Assembly: GCA_951406725.2 (NCBI GenBank)
Contig: OX597815.1
Coordinates: 34,224,001-34,288,000 of the forward strand
Reading direction: 5' to 3'
From: Octopus vulgaris
Lineage: Eukaryota
DNA: 64,000 nucleotides
Part shown: in pieces, positions 13,290 through 27,526 of the stretch
Layout of the letters: each line of letters starts with the position of its first letter
Numbering within the stretch: position 1 is the first letter of the stretch
Made by a program: the position numbers and the translations under genes
Notes under the pieces: model-generated
What the model was told of the DNA's origin: nothing
What the model saw: only the letters and a program-made list of their open reading frames with translations
Databases searched by the model: none

Positions 13290-14200
13290 AAACTCTGAAA
13301 CAAGTAAGATCGATGCAGTTAACGTTGTACTTAAACTGTTGCAAGTCAAAGACTTCAGGGAAAACATATGAAAGAGAGAATTCTCGGGAGCCAACATTCT
13401 AAGGAGGAAGGGGTAGGAGTAGTGGATAGAAAGAGGCTTGAGTGGACACAACATGCATGGTGAGAGGAGTGGAGACGTATGAGTGGCAGGTGTCTGAGTA
13501 GAGGTGAGACGAGGTCAACCAGTGGTCACTATAGTGATGATAGAAAAGACACCGAAAAGAGATAGCTTACCCAGCGTGTCTGTGATTGGTTTTATGCCAG
13601 TTACTCTAGTGGCTTTAGACTGATTGGATGTCTGCATACACATTCATCCTAAATTGTGACCGTCTGGATACAATCCAACATGTCTGTGCATACAACAGTA
13701 GCAGTAGCATCCCCGTTCTCGATACAGGAGCTTTGTAGGCTTGCAATCGTGGAAGGTTAAATTAAGTTCCTGGTCTCGAAGACCAGGCTTTAATATGCAG
13801 TCCTAGCTATGATAAGAATGCGTTTGTGCCATAAGAGATCATCAGTGGTAATGAGGCATTAGAAGCGATTGCTAGGGTTCTGGTTGAGTACGTCTCCTGT
13901 TTCAGGTGGAAGAGGCACGAAAGAGTTTTTCATGATAGGAACAGCGCTTCTGCTCTTGCTGTTGAAAGAGACAAGAATTAGCACGATGCTTTGGTGGACA
14001 CATTTGAATACTCTGTTCCTAGAATCAGTGCAAGTTTGGTGTGAGATCTTAAGTTGCATGTGGATGGTGTTTAAGATTCAGAAGGTTAGGGAAGGCATGG
14101 TATCATCAGCAAAAGAACGAGCGTTTGGGGGCATAACATCAAATACGTTATTGACATGTAACAGGAAAAGTTTTGAGAAGATAGAACTAAACGATGGGTA
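13290..14200 (-). mobile_element. Decayed LINE (CR1/L2/Jockey group) RT and C-terminal fragment
   Basis: RSFADDT at ~14099-14119; its C-terminal region resembles the fragment at 31620-31990. Confidence 0.65.
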
Positions 14201-14600
14201 AGATAAGCTTTATAGAGAATTTTCTCTTCAATTATCTGTTGCCTGAATGTTTTGTATTTTGGAATGTTACATGAAAGTAACATTATGCTTATCATAATGT
14301 ATTTTAAGTATCGTACAAGCGACACGTACAAAAACGACTGTTTAAAACACGTTTTTCGTTTCATTTCTGGCTCTGGTGAAAATACTCCAAACATCTTAAA
14401 CTTCATACTAACGAAGACAATCTAAGACCTGACCTCAGAAAATTGTGTTGCTGTTGAAGTAAAATTTAAAATAATATTTTAAATAATATTTCCAATGTTT
14501 TTAAAAGTAGTAATTTGAAAAATACTTTTTTAAAAGGTGGTATTTTAAAAATAAAGCATGAGCGTGTATCTGTGTTTATGTGTGGCTGTATGTGTGTGTA

Positions 14601-14633
<33 letters not shown>

Positions 14634-15141
14634 CGTTTTAATTCTTTTTTTAAACACTTCAAAACCAATAGATACTATTACATTAACATAGTCATCACTA
14701 CGCTATCACGCAACTATTACACTAATACAGGTACCACTACGCTAAACACACTAACATAGACCTCCACACTAAAATAGACCTGCGAGTGGTCTATGGGCCT
14801 GCTTTGAACTGCATCTAAATCTCTTTTAAAGGAAACCCTACTGATACCTAAAAATGAAGAATGTCTTGGAAACTGCAGTCTGAGATCTAACATCTGGCAG
14901 ATGGTTATGCTTTGAATGTCTTTATATGTCAATTGGATCAAGATTATCCGGGGGCTAAACAGTAACAACAACAGCAACAACAGCAACAACAACAGCAACA
15001 ACAACAACGACAACGACAACAACAACAACAACAACAACAATAATAAGCAGTGCGTGTAAGAAAGCTCTTTAAAAGTAACAGCCCAGGGGAAATAATGATG
15101 CTACTGCTGCTACTGATGATGATGATGATGATGATGATGAA

Positions 15142-15187
<46 letters not shown>

Positions 15188-15262
15188 TATTAATATTTAG
15201 AGCTACTACCAACGACAACCGTCACTGCATCATCAACAAAAATCTCATAACCGACCTCCACC

Positions 15263-15294
<32 letters not shown>

Positions 15295-15558
15295 CACCAA
15301 CAATACCACCACCACCACCACCATTTACAATAGCAACATTAGCAACAATATTACCAACTATACCTACGTCAAGTGCAACAACAACGACAATCAGCAAGGG
15401 TAACAATAAAATTGTGCAACACCACCAGCAGCCATGTTTGCCAGATTAAGCATTCGCAACGTCATCACCAATAACGCCAATAACCACATCCGCCGCCACC
15501 ACCACCACCACTTATACAACAACAACAACAACAACAACAACATCTACATCATCGTCGA

Positions 15559-15590
<32 letters not shown>

Positions 15591-16062
15591 GCAACAGTAG
15601 GAAAGCGATGACGAAGTGCGTAGTGATGAACGGCCAATGCAATAGTGTGAACAATTTCACCCAGCACCGAGTGAGTCATGGACCTACGGCACACTAGACA
15701 CAGGCGCTACTAATCGATAATGCTGTCCTTTCACAGTACACATTACCTTCTCCTCACACCAACCTCCCCCCCCCATTGCAATGTTGTCCGTCTTCGACTT
15801 CTGCTACTTCTTGGCGCTTGTCTGCTGCTGCTGCTGATGCAGGTGTCGCTGATGTTGTTGTTATTATTGGTGGCGACGGTATTGGTGCAGACGGTAATAC
15901 CGATGTCGGTGTTGGTAGTGTTAACGTTTTATATTAGTGGTGCTGCTACATAGGTTGGCGTTGATGTTGGCGCTGGCTTTGCTGATGTTGGTGGTGAAGG
16001 TGTTAATGCTGCTAGCGCTGATATTTATTGTTAGTCATGGTATTGGTGCTGGCGATGATGAC

Positions 16063-16117
<55 letters not shown>

Positions 16118-16191
16118 TAGCTGATGGTGGTTTTAATATTTGCTAATACTGTTAATCTCGCTGTAGGTGTTACACATGTTGTTGTTATTGT

Positions 16192-16224
<33 letters not shown>

Positions 16225-16789
16225 CATTGTTGGTGGTGGTGGTGCTGCTGTTTGTAATTGTGAACTTGCTTTTCTTGTTGTGCTTAATGTTAGCGATGTT
16301 AGTGGCGTTGGTGGCGTTGGTGTCCGCATTGGCGTTGGTGTTTCTGTGGTTGATGGTGGCGGCGGCGGTGGCGGTGGCGGCACTGGTGTCGTCGTTGTAC
16401 AAGGTCATGTCGGTGTTGCTGTTTGTGGTATTGTTGATGTTGATGTTGTTGTTGTTGTTGACAATGTGCTTGTTATTTCCTATGTTTATTGTCGTTGTTT
16501 TGCGGCAGTGATGTTGTTGTCATTGCTGCTGCTGCTGCTGTTGCTATTTGTGTTCTTACTGCACTTGCTTCTATTTGCAATTCTTGTTCTTGTTATTATT
16601 ATCGTCGTGACTTTTCTCCAGGTCAGCTACAATTGTTCAGACCCTTGTTCAACGACGTTCCATCCGCGCCCCATCCTATACTATATTCTTTCTATAGTGT
16701 AACAAGGATCAGCGTAACAGCGTTCTTTTACTAAAAAAACAACGATTTCAGGGGAACTGGCTACTGCTTCTAACATTCTTCTTTTTCTC

Positions 16790-17017
16790 TTTTATTCTTT
16801 TACTTGTTTCAGTCATTTGACTGTGGCCATGCTGGAGCACCGCCTTTAGTCGAGCAAATCGACCCCCAGGACTTATTCTTTGTAAGCCTAGTACATATTC
16901 TATCGGGTCCTTTTGCCGAACCGCTAAGTTATGAGGACGTAAACACACCACCATCGGTTGTCAACCGATGTTGGGGGGGGGACAAACACAGACACACAAA
17001 CATACACACACACACAA

Positions 17018-17050
<33 letters not shown>

Positions 17051-17222
17051 CATATATACGACGGGCTTCTTTCAGTTTCCGTCTACCAAATCCACTCACA
17101 AGGCTTATTTCAGCCCGCGGCTATAGTAGAAGACACTTGCCCAAGGTGCCACGCAGTGGGATTGAACCCGGAACCATGTGGTTGGTAAGCAAGTTGCTTA
17201 CCACACAGCCACTCCTACGCCT
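16790..17222 (-). mobile_element. SINE family A, full length
   Basis: Head, internal microsatellite and tail all present. Confidence 0.9.
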
Positions 17223-17417
17223 AGCATGTCAAGCAATAATACTATAGGGGATCCCTCGCCCCTCGCTTACTTTCTATTATTGCAGTTCCTTTTGTTGCTG
17301 ATAATGCTGCTGATGTTGCTGATGTTGCTGTTGCACTCATTATTGCTGCTGCTCCAGTTTTTCTCACTGAGGCTGTTAATGTCGTCGCCGTCATCATCAC
17401 CATCATCATCATTATTA

Positions 17418-17645
17418 AGGTGGCGAGCAGGCAGAATCGTTTGCATGTTGAGTAAAATGCTTATTGGCATTTCGTTCGTGTTTATGTTCAGAGTTCAAAT
17501 GCAGCCGAGGTTGACTTTGCCTTTCATTCTTTCGAGGTCGATAAAATAAGTACCAGCTGAGTACTGGAGTTGACGTAATCGACTTACCAGCAGACCCGCC
17601 CCACCACCTAAAAAAATGACTGGCTTTGAGCCTTTAGTAGAATAA
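17418..17645 (+). mobile_element. SINE family B, diverged copy
   Basis: GGTGGCGAGCAGGCAGAATCG head; core GACTTTGCCTTTCATTCTTTCGAGGTCGATAAAATAAGTACCAG. Confidence 0.75.
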
Positions 17646-17659
17646 TATTTAATTTTGAT

Positions 17660-17691
<32 letters not shown>

Positions 17692-17695
17692 CTAC

Positions 17696-17728
<33 letters not shown>

Positions 17729-17755
17729 CATTATTATTATTATTACTACTACTAC

Positions 17756-17789
<34 letters not shown>

Positions 17790-17814
17790 GTTGTTGTTGT
17801 TGTTGTTGTTGTTG

Positions 17815-17845
<31 letters not shown>

Positions 17846-17907
17846 TATTATTATTATTGCTATTACTATCATTATTAATATTATTACTATTACTATCATT
17901 ATTATTA

Positions 17908-17957
<50 letters not shown>

Positions 17958-18137
17958 ACTATTATTGATATTATTAATACTATTATTATTATTATTATTA
18001 TTATTACTATTACTATTATTATTATTATTATTACTATTATTATACTATTACTATTATTATTATTATTATTACTATTATTATACTATTACTATTATTATTA
18101 TCATCATTATTATTATTATCATTATCATTATTATTAC

Positions 18138-18200
<63 letters not shown>

Positions 18201-18519
18201 TATCATTATTGCTGCTGCTGCTGCTTTAGTTGACGTTGTTACTGCTGCTGCAGTTGCAGCCATTGCAACTATTGCTGTTGTTCCAGATGCACCTGTTGAT
18301 GTTAACGGTGTTAAAGCTGCTGCAGTTTGTAACCACTGCTGTTGTTATTCTCGTTGTTGCTGGTGCAGCTGCTGCTGCTGTTGGGATTTCGGTTTTCTGC
18401 AGTTGTTGCTAACGTTTATGCTGCTGTGACTCTGTGGTTGCTATTGTGTTTGTTGTTGTTGCTACCGCTTCTACTGCTGCTGTTTTTTTTGCTGTTGATG
18501 TTGCTGTTTCTACTGTTTT

Positions 18520-18712
18520 ACTCTTTTACTTGTTTCAGTCATTTGACTTGCGGCCATGCTGGAGCACCGCCTTTTAGTCGAGCAAATCGACCCCGGGACT
18601 TATTCTTTTGTAAGCCCAGTACTTATTCTATCGGGCTCTTTTGCCGAACCGCTAAGTGACGGGGACGTAAACACACCAGCATCGGTTGTCAAGCAATGCT
18701 AGGGGGACAAAT

Positions 18713-18745
<33 letters not shown>

Positions 18746-18917
18746 CATATATACGGCAGGCTTCTTTCAGTTTCCGTCTACCAAATCCACTCACAAGGCA
18801 TTGGTCGGCCCGAGGCTATAGCAGAAGACACTTGCCCCAAGATGCCACGCAGTGGGACTGAACCCGGAACCATGCGGTTGGTTAGCAAGATACTTACCAC
18901 ACAGCCACTCCTGCGCC
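18520..18917 (-). mobile_element. SINE family A, full length
   Basis: Matches other copies. Confidence 0.9.
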
Positions 18918-19325
18918 GATGTTTCAACAACACGTGCTGCTACCGCTGCTGTTGTTATTCTTGTTCCTGCTGCTGCTGTTGTTGATGTTGTCTCTACTGC
19001 TGCTGCTGCAGTTATATATCAATACAGTTATTATTGACATTATTATTCCCCATCTTGTTTATGTTCCTTTCGCCCCTTATTGCTCTTCCTATCCCCCACC
19101 TAATGCAGTTGTTGAGATTGCTGCAGTTGTTGGTGCAATTTCACTGATGCAGATATTATTGTTGTAGCTACTGCAGTAATTTTCTCTTGTTGCTGTTGGT
19201 ACACGTGCTACTGCGGCAGTTGTTGTTACTGCTGCTGTAGGTAGTTGACGCTGTTGTTGTTGTTGTTGTTGTGTTTTTTCGTTTGTTGGTATAGTTGATA
19301 TTTTCTGATTGCTATCGTTCCTGTA

Positions 19326-19488
19326 GGCGCAGGAGTGGCTGTGTGGTAAGTAGCTTGCCTACCAACCACATGGTTCCGGGTTCAGTCCCACTGCATGGTA
19401 CCTTGGGCAAGTGTCTTCTACTATAGCCTCCGGCCGACCAAAGCCTTGTGACTGGATTTGGTAGACGGAAACTGAAAGAAGCCCTTCG

Positions 19489-19551
<63 letters not shown>

Positions 19552-19757
19552 ATGTTTGTGTGTCTGTGTCTGTCCTCCTAGCATTGCTTGACAACCGATG
19601 CTGGTGTTTTTATGTCCCCGTCACTTAGCGGTTCGGCAAAAAGAGACCGGTAGAATAAGTACTGGGCTTACAAAGAATAACACCCGGGGTCGAGTTGCTC
19701 GACTAAAGGCGGTGCTCCAGCATGGCCGTAGTCAAATGACTGAAACAAGTAAAAGAG
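19326..19757 (+). mobile_element. SINE family A, full length
   Basis: Matches other copies. Confidence 0.9.
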
Positions 19758-20101
19758 TTCCTGTTATCATTATTGCTGGTGTTGCTGCTCCTTAAGTTGC
19801 ATTTCTTGCTGTTGTTGTCAATATTATTTGTATTGTTGTTGTTGTTGCTATGGCTGCTCCTGGCGGTAACCTGACTGTTTGTTATTGATGTATTGTTGTT
19901 GTTTCTCTTAAGGTTGCTATCGTTGATATTAATGTTGCAAATGTTACTTCTGCGATTATTGCTAATGACAAGTTTGTTTGTTGGCAGTTGCTAATGTTAC
20001 AGGTGTTTTTGCTACGATTTGTATCGTCATAACTATTAACGTTGTTGTAGATATTTTGGAAGTTGTTTTTGTTGTTGCTATTATTATTATTATTATTATT
20101 A

Positions 20102-20138
<37 letters not shown>

Positions 20139-20143
20139 CATTA

Positions 20144-20603
20144 TTGAGTGAGAGAGCAGTGCATGCCATCAAAGTGACACTGGGGTAAAATATACGAAGC
20201 CCAGTATACCCATCATGACTACCCGTCTGATAAGGATACACTAGGCACATGCATCACAACCATGTGCGCGCGACATGGTGATCTCATATCAAGATAAACA
20301 GCGCATGACCTTACAGGTGGGGCCCAGTTAGAATTTTCTTCTGGTCGAGTAACCCATCTCGCTAAAAAAGTCCCTGAGTAAGGGTTGTTTAAGAATGTTG
20401 AACGAACCACCCCTGTTTCCAAAGGTGAAATATCCAAACCTCTAAGAATGCCTTTCAACACACGGTTATGATGCTCCCCCACTACTTCTGCTCATGATCA
20501 GAGATGCACATATCGCCAGCCACTAAGGGACATGGTCAACTGGTTAAGGTCAAGCAACTGACAAGCAAATCTGTGGTATTGAGCAGAATATTTGCTGGAG
20601 CCC
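20144..20603. mobile_element. ~460-bp complex sequence embedded in an (ATT)n tract, probable microsatellite-associated retroposon
   Basis: Sharp boundaries with (ATT)n on both sides; no convincing ORF; single copy in this window. Confidence 0.5.
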
Positions 20604-20682
<79 letters not shown>

Positions 20683-21346
20683 GAGGCTGTTGAAATTGTT
20701 ATTTGGGTTGCTATAGTCCCTCATGTTGCTATCGTAATTTTTTTTGCTATCGTTATTGCTCTGATTACTATAGTTGCAATTGTTATCATTGCTGTTAAAG
20801 TTATAGCTATTATTGCTATTGTTGTTGCTATTGTCCGAGCCAAGTTTGTTCTTACTGGTGTTGGTGACTGTAATCGTTGACATTGCCATTGTTGCTATTG
20901 TGGGTAATATTATTCTTAATATTGTTGTTTTTGATGCAGCCCTTATTGCTCATGCCGCTACTCGTTAGAGACCCAGACAAAATGCCTTGCGGTATTTGTC
21001 TCAGCTCAAATCCCTTCTCGGTGGAAATCCCACTGAAGTCAACACAGTTGTCAGCTGTTGATGGTCAATAAAAGGAATTACTTGTCAAGTTCCGAACTCG
21101 TTGCTTTCGACTCACCCACTCCGCTCAAAATAGCTATTCTTGTACTCAAAGTTGTTGCTATCGAAGTCTATGTTATTGTTACTGTTGCGAATGTCGGTTA
21201 TTGCTTCAGTATTGTTGCTATTATTGGTATTGCAGTCATTGCGGCTAATTGTTGCTAATATTTCGCTGCATTGATTGTTGTTGCTATTATTGTCACAATT
21301 GCAGCATAGGTTCTCTGCAGCAGCAGCAGCTGAAGTAGTAGTAGTA

Positions 21347-21458
<112 letters not shown>

Positions 21459-21608
21459 ATGTTATTGTCATTGTTGCTATTGTTTTTATTGATGTTACTA
21501 TTGTTGCGTTTATTATTTTTTTTCTTTTTACCTTTCCTTCTCTACCCTGTCATTTCCATCATCAACTTTCTATTCTCGCTATCCTCCACCCTTTCACCCC
21601 TCTTTGTA

Positions 21609-21654
<46 letters not shown>

Positions 21655-21828
21655 TTGCTACTGCTGCTCTAACTACTACAATTACTACTACTACTACTAC
21701 TACTACTACTGCTGCTACTACTATTATTATTACTACTACTACTACAACTACTGCTACTGCTACTACTACTACTACTACTACTATTACTACTACTATTACT
21801 ATTACTACTATTAATACTACTACTATTA

Positions 21829-21907
<79 letters not shown>

Positions 21908-22381
21908 AAACACACTTTCTGATCCACCCGTCTACCGCACATCTCTCTCTCTCTCTCTCTTTCTCTCCACCAGTAACACCATTATCACGACACTCGGGTC
22001 TCCTAAAGTACATCTGTGCAAGACTACCTTCTGCAGCATGCATGTCTTGGGTGTGTACATGTGTTTGTGTGTGTGTGTGTGTGCGTGTGATGTGCACGCG
22101 TATCTCTGCGTGTGCGCGAGTGTGCATGTGTGTGAGAGGGAGAGCGTTAATGCTCCTTTGAGAGTAGATGAGAACGTGCGTAATTATAAATTTATGCCTA
22201 TGTAAATATATGGTTTTCTATGTGCATGTGTGTGTGTTTCTGTGTGTATGTATGTATGTATGTATGTATGTATGTATATATATATATATATATATATTGT
22301 GTGTGTGTATGTATATATATATATGCAAAAATGTACTATTTTTTGTTTTTAAGGGTATGTGCAATGTATGTATAATATATA

Positions 22382-22561
<180 letters not shown>

Positions 22562-22935
22562 ATGCAAACACATATTTATGTGAATGCACGGACGTATACG
22601 CGTATTCAAATGTTTGGGTATCTGCACACACACACACCCACAAACACACACATACACACACACAAGACATTACACATGTATATATGTGTGTGTATGCATG
22701 CACCATTGTATGAATGTATGTATGTATGTATGTATCTATGTATCTATGTATGTGTGCAAATATATATGTATCTATGTACGTGAGTGCGCCATCTATGATA
22801 AAGTTGTAAAGCGAAGCAGCAGAAAGGTGAGTCATCACAAGAGACGTGAATGAATTTTCACCACAACTAACATCTTCACTTTCTCTTAAGCAATCCATAA
22901 CCACCGTTACAGAAATCTAACGATTTTACTCTCGC

Positions 22936-22969
<34 letters not shown>

Positions 22970-23180
22970 TGTATGTATGTATGTATGTATGTATGTATGT
23001 ATGTATGCATGTATGTATGTATGTTGCATGTATGCATGTATGTATGTATGTATGTATGTATGTATGTATGTATGTATGTATGTATGTATGTATGCATGTA
23101 TGTATGTATGTATGTATGCATGTATGTATGTCTGTATCTATCTATCTGTGTGTCTGTGTGTCTGTCTGTCTGTCTGTCTA

Positions 23181-23259
<79 letters not shown>

Positions 23260-23295
23260 CTGTCTGTCAATCCATTCTGTCTATTTCACTCTCGC

Positions 23296-23329
<34 letters not shown>

Positions 23330-23383
23330 TGTATGTATGTATGTATCTACCTGTGTGTCTGTCTGTGTGTCTGTGTATCTATA

Positions 23384-23477
<94 letters not shown>

Positions 23478-23568
23478 GTGTGGCCAATAAAGAAACTTAT
23501 CTATATATCTATCTATTTGTCTGTCAATCCATTCTGTCTATTTGTCTGTGTCTCTATCTCTCTGTCTG

Positions 23569-23670
<102 letters not shown>

Positions 23671-23950
23671 CATCTATCCATCTATATCCTAAGCAGACGA
23701 CACATGAGCAATTTACTTCATATGTTCCAAACTCGAGTCGCTTCCTTTGTCTACGTCTGTGTCTGTGTGTTCATATTTATACTCCTGTCTGTGTGTTCGC
23801 TACTCTGTGTTTATCTATTATCTACGACTGTCTGTACGCTGTATGCGTGTTACATGTATCTCTAGTCCATGAGCACCGTGACTCCTGTGCCTTTGTTTTG
23901 GTTTTGCTCTGCACATGCGCACGTATTTGTTTATATGAGCGTCTGCGTTC

Positions 23951-23983
<33 letters not shown>

Positions 23984-23984
23984 C

Positions 23985-24078
23985 ATATATGGTTAGGAAT
24001 ACACATACATACATACACAAATATGTACATATGTGTACATATTTGTGTATGTATGTATGTGTATTCCTAACCATATAT
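23985..24078. repeat. Perfect 45-bp-arm palindrome
   Basis: ATATATGGTTAGGAATACAC..ATATGTACA, spacer TATG, then the reverse complement. Confidence 0.9.
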
Positions 24079-24187
24079 ATATATATACGTGTGTATGCAT
24101 ATATATATACGTGTGTATGCGTACATGCGTACCTATATACATTGTTGTGTCTTGAATCTCTGATCATTTTTTTTTCCTGATCACCTA

Positions 24188-24220
<33 letters not shown>

Positions 24221-24306
24221 CACGCGAGTGTGTATGTGTGTGTGTGTGCGCGTGTCTCTTCTTTGTTCCTGTATCTCTGCTCTTTGTCTAGATTGTGTAC
24301 GTGTGA

Positions 24307-24342
<36 letters not shown>

Positions 24343-24485
24343 ATGCATGTCTGTGTGTCTGTGTGAGTGTGTGTCTGTGTTCTGTCTTTGTCCCTCTATA
24401 TGTTTATACCTTGGCAGTCCAGAATCTTTTGTAGTGTATGGAATATACGTTGTTCTTTCACGGTGTTTGTTACCCACCCCCACAT

Positions 24486-24521
<36 letters not shown>

Positions 24522-24563
24522 CACCTTTTCTCTCTGTATGTTCGCGTTTCTGTAATATGTAAA

Positions 24564-24692
<129 letters not shown>

Positions 24693-25730
24693 CATGTGTA
24701 AGTGTGTATATGTATGTGTATAAGTGTATACGGATATGAGTATTTATGTTTGTATATATGAATGCATGTATGTATGTATGTATGTATGTATGTATGCATG
24801 TATGTATGTATGTATGTATGTATGTATGTATGTATGTATGTATGTATGTATGTATCTATGTATGTATGTATGTGTGTGTGTATGTATGTATGTATGTATG
24901 TATGTATGTATGCATGCATGTATGTATGTATGTATGTATGTATGTATGTATGTATGTATCTATGTATGTATGTATGTGTGTGTGTATGTATGTATGTATG
25001 TATGTATGTATGTATGTATGTATGTATGTATGTATGTATTTATGTATGTATGTATGTATGTATGTATGTATGAATGTATGTATGCATGTATGTATGGATA
25101 GATGGATGGATGGATGGATGGATGGAGGATGCATGCATGCATGTCTGTATGTATGTAGATATGAATTTGTAAGCATGTATATCTATGTATGCATGCATAT
25201 GTGTGCTTGTGTATATGCATGCATACATCTATAAGTGTGTGTGTGTGTGTGTGTGTGTATGTATATAAACATTCTTTGTCTGGCTTTTCCCTTTGTCTTT
25301 TCTATCATTTCTCTCTCTCTCTCTCTCTACTTCACTATCTGTCCCTCCCCCTCTCTACCTCTTTATCTGTCTGTCTCTCCCTCCCTGCCTCCCCCTCTCT
25401 CCTGCCTCTCCTAATCCCATCGCCTTCATTTTCCATCTCTCCATTTCTCTTCCTTTCTTATGTCTATGTTTTGTTTTGTAAATCTTTGGATGTATATACA
25501 CACGTGAAATTTTGTTTCTATATTCTGATATCTGCATGATTGTGTATATAAAAGTATAAGTACGTATGTATGCACGTACCTATGTATGCACGTTCTTCTA
25601 AATTATTTCAAATTCTTCAACAATAAAGAATCGGTTTTTAACCCACTTCTTCATCGTGATGGTCATATATGTATATCTGTCTTCAGGTATGAATGTATGA
25701 ATGCATACATGCATATATGTGTGTGTATGT

Positions 25731-25815
<85 letters not shown>

Positions 25816-25946
25816 CGTGAGTGTATGCCTGTATTGGTGCTCGCATGGCATTGCAGGAGTGGATCTGGTTTTGGGTAGACATATGTACATATACATGCAT
25901 ACATACATGCGTACATACATACATATCTCTCGTTCTCTCTCTTTAT

Positions 25947-26012
<66 letters not shown>

Positions 26013-26394
26013 TGCATGTGTGTATTCGTATATCTATTTCTACATTTGTATGAGTAATGGTTACGGAGAAACACTTTACCTATTTTACACATTTTACACC
26101 TTTAATGAACTGTAATTAACATTTCTTAATTAGTTGCGTACGGTTCTAGTCTTATAAATCCTAGTTGGCAACGGAGACAATTGCATAACCAAGTGCTTTA
26201 ATAGTCACTATTAGAAATCTCTCGTTATAGCTGAAATGTAACGGAACATTTCTCAATAGTTCATTTAATGTTTTTCTTTAATTTTCTGTCTTTATTTGTC
26301 TCAGTTATTGGACGACGACCATGATGGGGGTTTCATCTTGAAGAGTTTAGTCGAGAAAACGGACCCTAGTATTCTTCTGTTCTTTTATTCTTTT

Positions 26395-26610
26395 CTTCTT
26401 TTAATTGTTTCTCTAATTTGGCTGCAGCCATGCTGGAGCACCGCCTCACAGAATTTTAGTCGAAGAAATCGACCCAGGTACTTATTCTTTGTAAGTCTAG
26501 TACTTATTCCATCGATCTCCTTTGCCGAACCGCTAAGTTACGGTGATGTAAACACATCAACATCGGATGTCAAGTGTTGGTCGGGGGGGGGGAGATACAA
26601 AGACACACGT
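26395..26610 (-). mobile_element. SINE family A, 3' half
   Basis: Tail and body match. Confidence 0.75.
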
Positions 26611-26631
26611 ACGTAAAGATATATATATATA

Positions 26632-26805
26632 GGCGTAGGAGTGGCTGTGTGGTAAGTAGCTTGCTTATGAACCTCATGGTTCCGGGTTCAGTCTCACTGC
26701 GTGGCACCTTGGGCAAGTGTCTTCTACTATAGCCTCACGCCGACCAAGGCCCTGTGAGTAGATCTGGTAGACGGAAACTGAAAGAAGCTCGTCATATATA
26801 TGTAC

Positions 26806-26862
<57 letters not shown>

Positions 26863-27100
26863 AGTGTCTGTGTTTGTCCACTCAACATCGCTTGACAACC
26901 GATGTGTCTGTGTTTGTCCCCTCAACATCGCTTGACAACCGATCCTGGTGTGTTTACGTCCCCTTAACTTAGCGGTTCGGCAAAAGAGGACGATAGAATA
27001 AGTACTAGACTTACAAAGAATAAGTCCTGGGGTCGATTTGCCCGACTAAATGCGGTGCTCCAGCATGGCCGCAGTCAAATGACTGAAACAAGCAAAAGAG
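26632..27100 (+). mobile_element. SINE family A, full length with ~39-bp internal tandem duplication
   Basis: TGTCTGTGTTTGTCC(A/C)CTCAACATCGCTTGACAACCGAT occurs twice at ~26865-26943. Confidence 0.9.
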
Positions 27101-27421
27101 TATATATACAGATTGAATTCGAAGTGTGCATATATATTAGCAAGTTGTTTCGTTTTTCTGATAATCCTAGCTTTCTCAAATTGTCACTTAGACGTTTTCT
27201 CACAGAACCGATGGCACCGATTATTATTGGTACGAATGTCAACGCATAATCTGGATATAGAAACTGCAGGTTTCAAAGCAGGTGTCCGTAGTTAACCTAC
27301 GTATGTATGTATGTATGTATGTATGTATGTATGTATGTATGTATGTATGTATGTATGTATGTATGTATGTATGTATGCATGTATGTATGTATGTATGTAT
27401 GTATGTATGTATGTATGTATG

Positions 27422-27452
<31 letters not shown>

Positions 27453-27526
27453 GTGTGTATGTTTGTATGTATGTATTATGTATGTATGTATGTATGTATG
27501 TATGTATGTATGTATGTATGTATGTA

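Noticed and set aside
16804-17247. Recurrent ORF MFQSFDCGHAGAPP..RRHLPKVPRSGTEPGTMWLV (also 1588, 9507, 53485, 63116)
   Set aside because: Antisense translation of SINE A; frames differ between copies
22828-22890. Intron-like GTGAGT..CTAAC..pyrimidines..TAAG on +
   Set aside because: No credible flanking exons; likely chance
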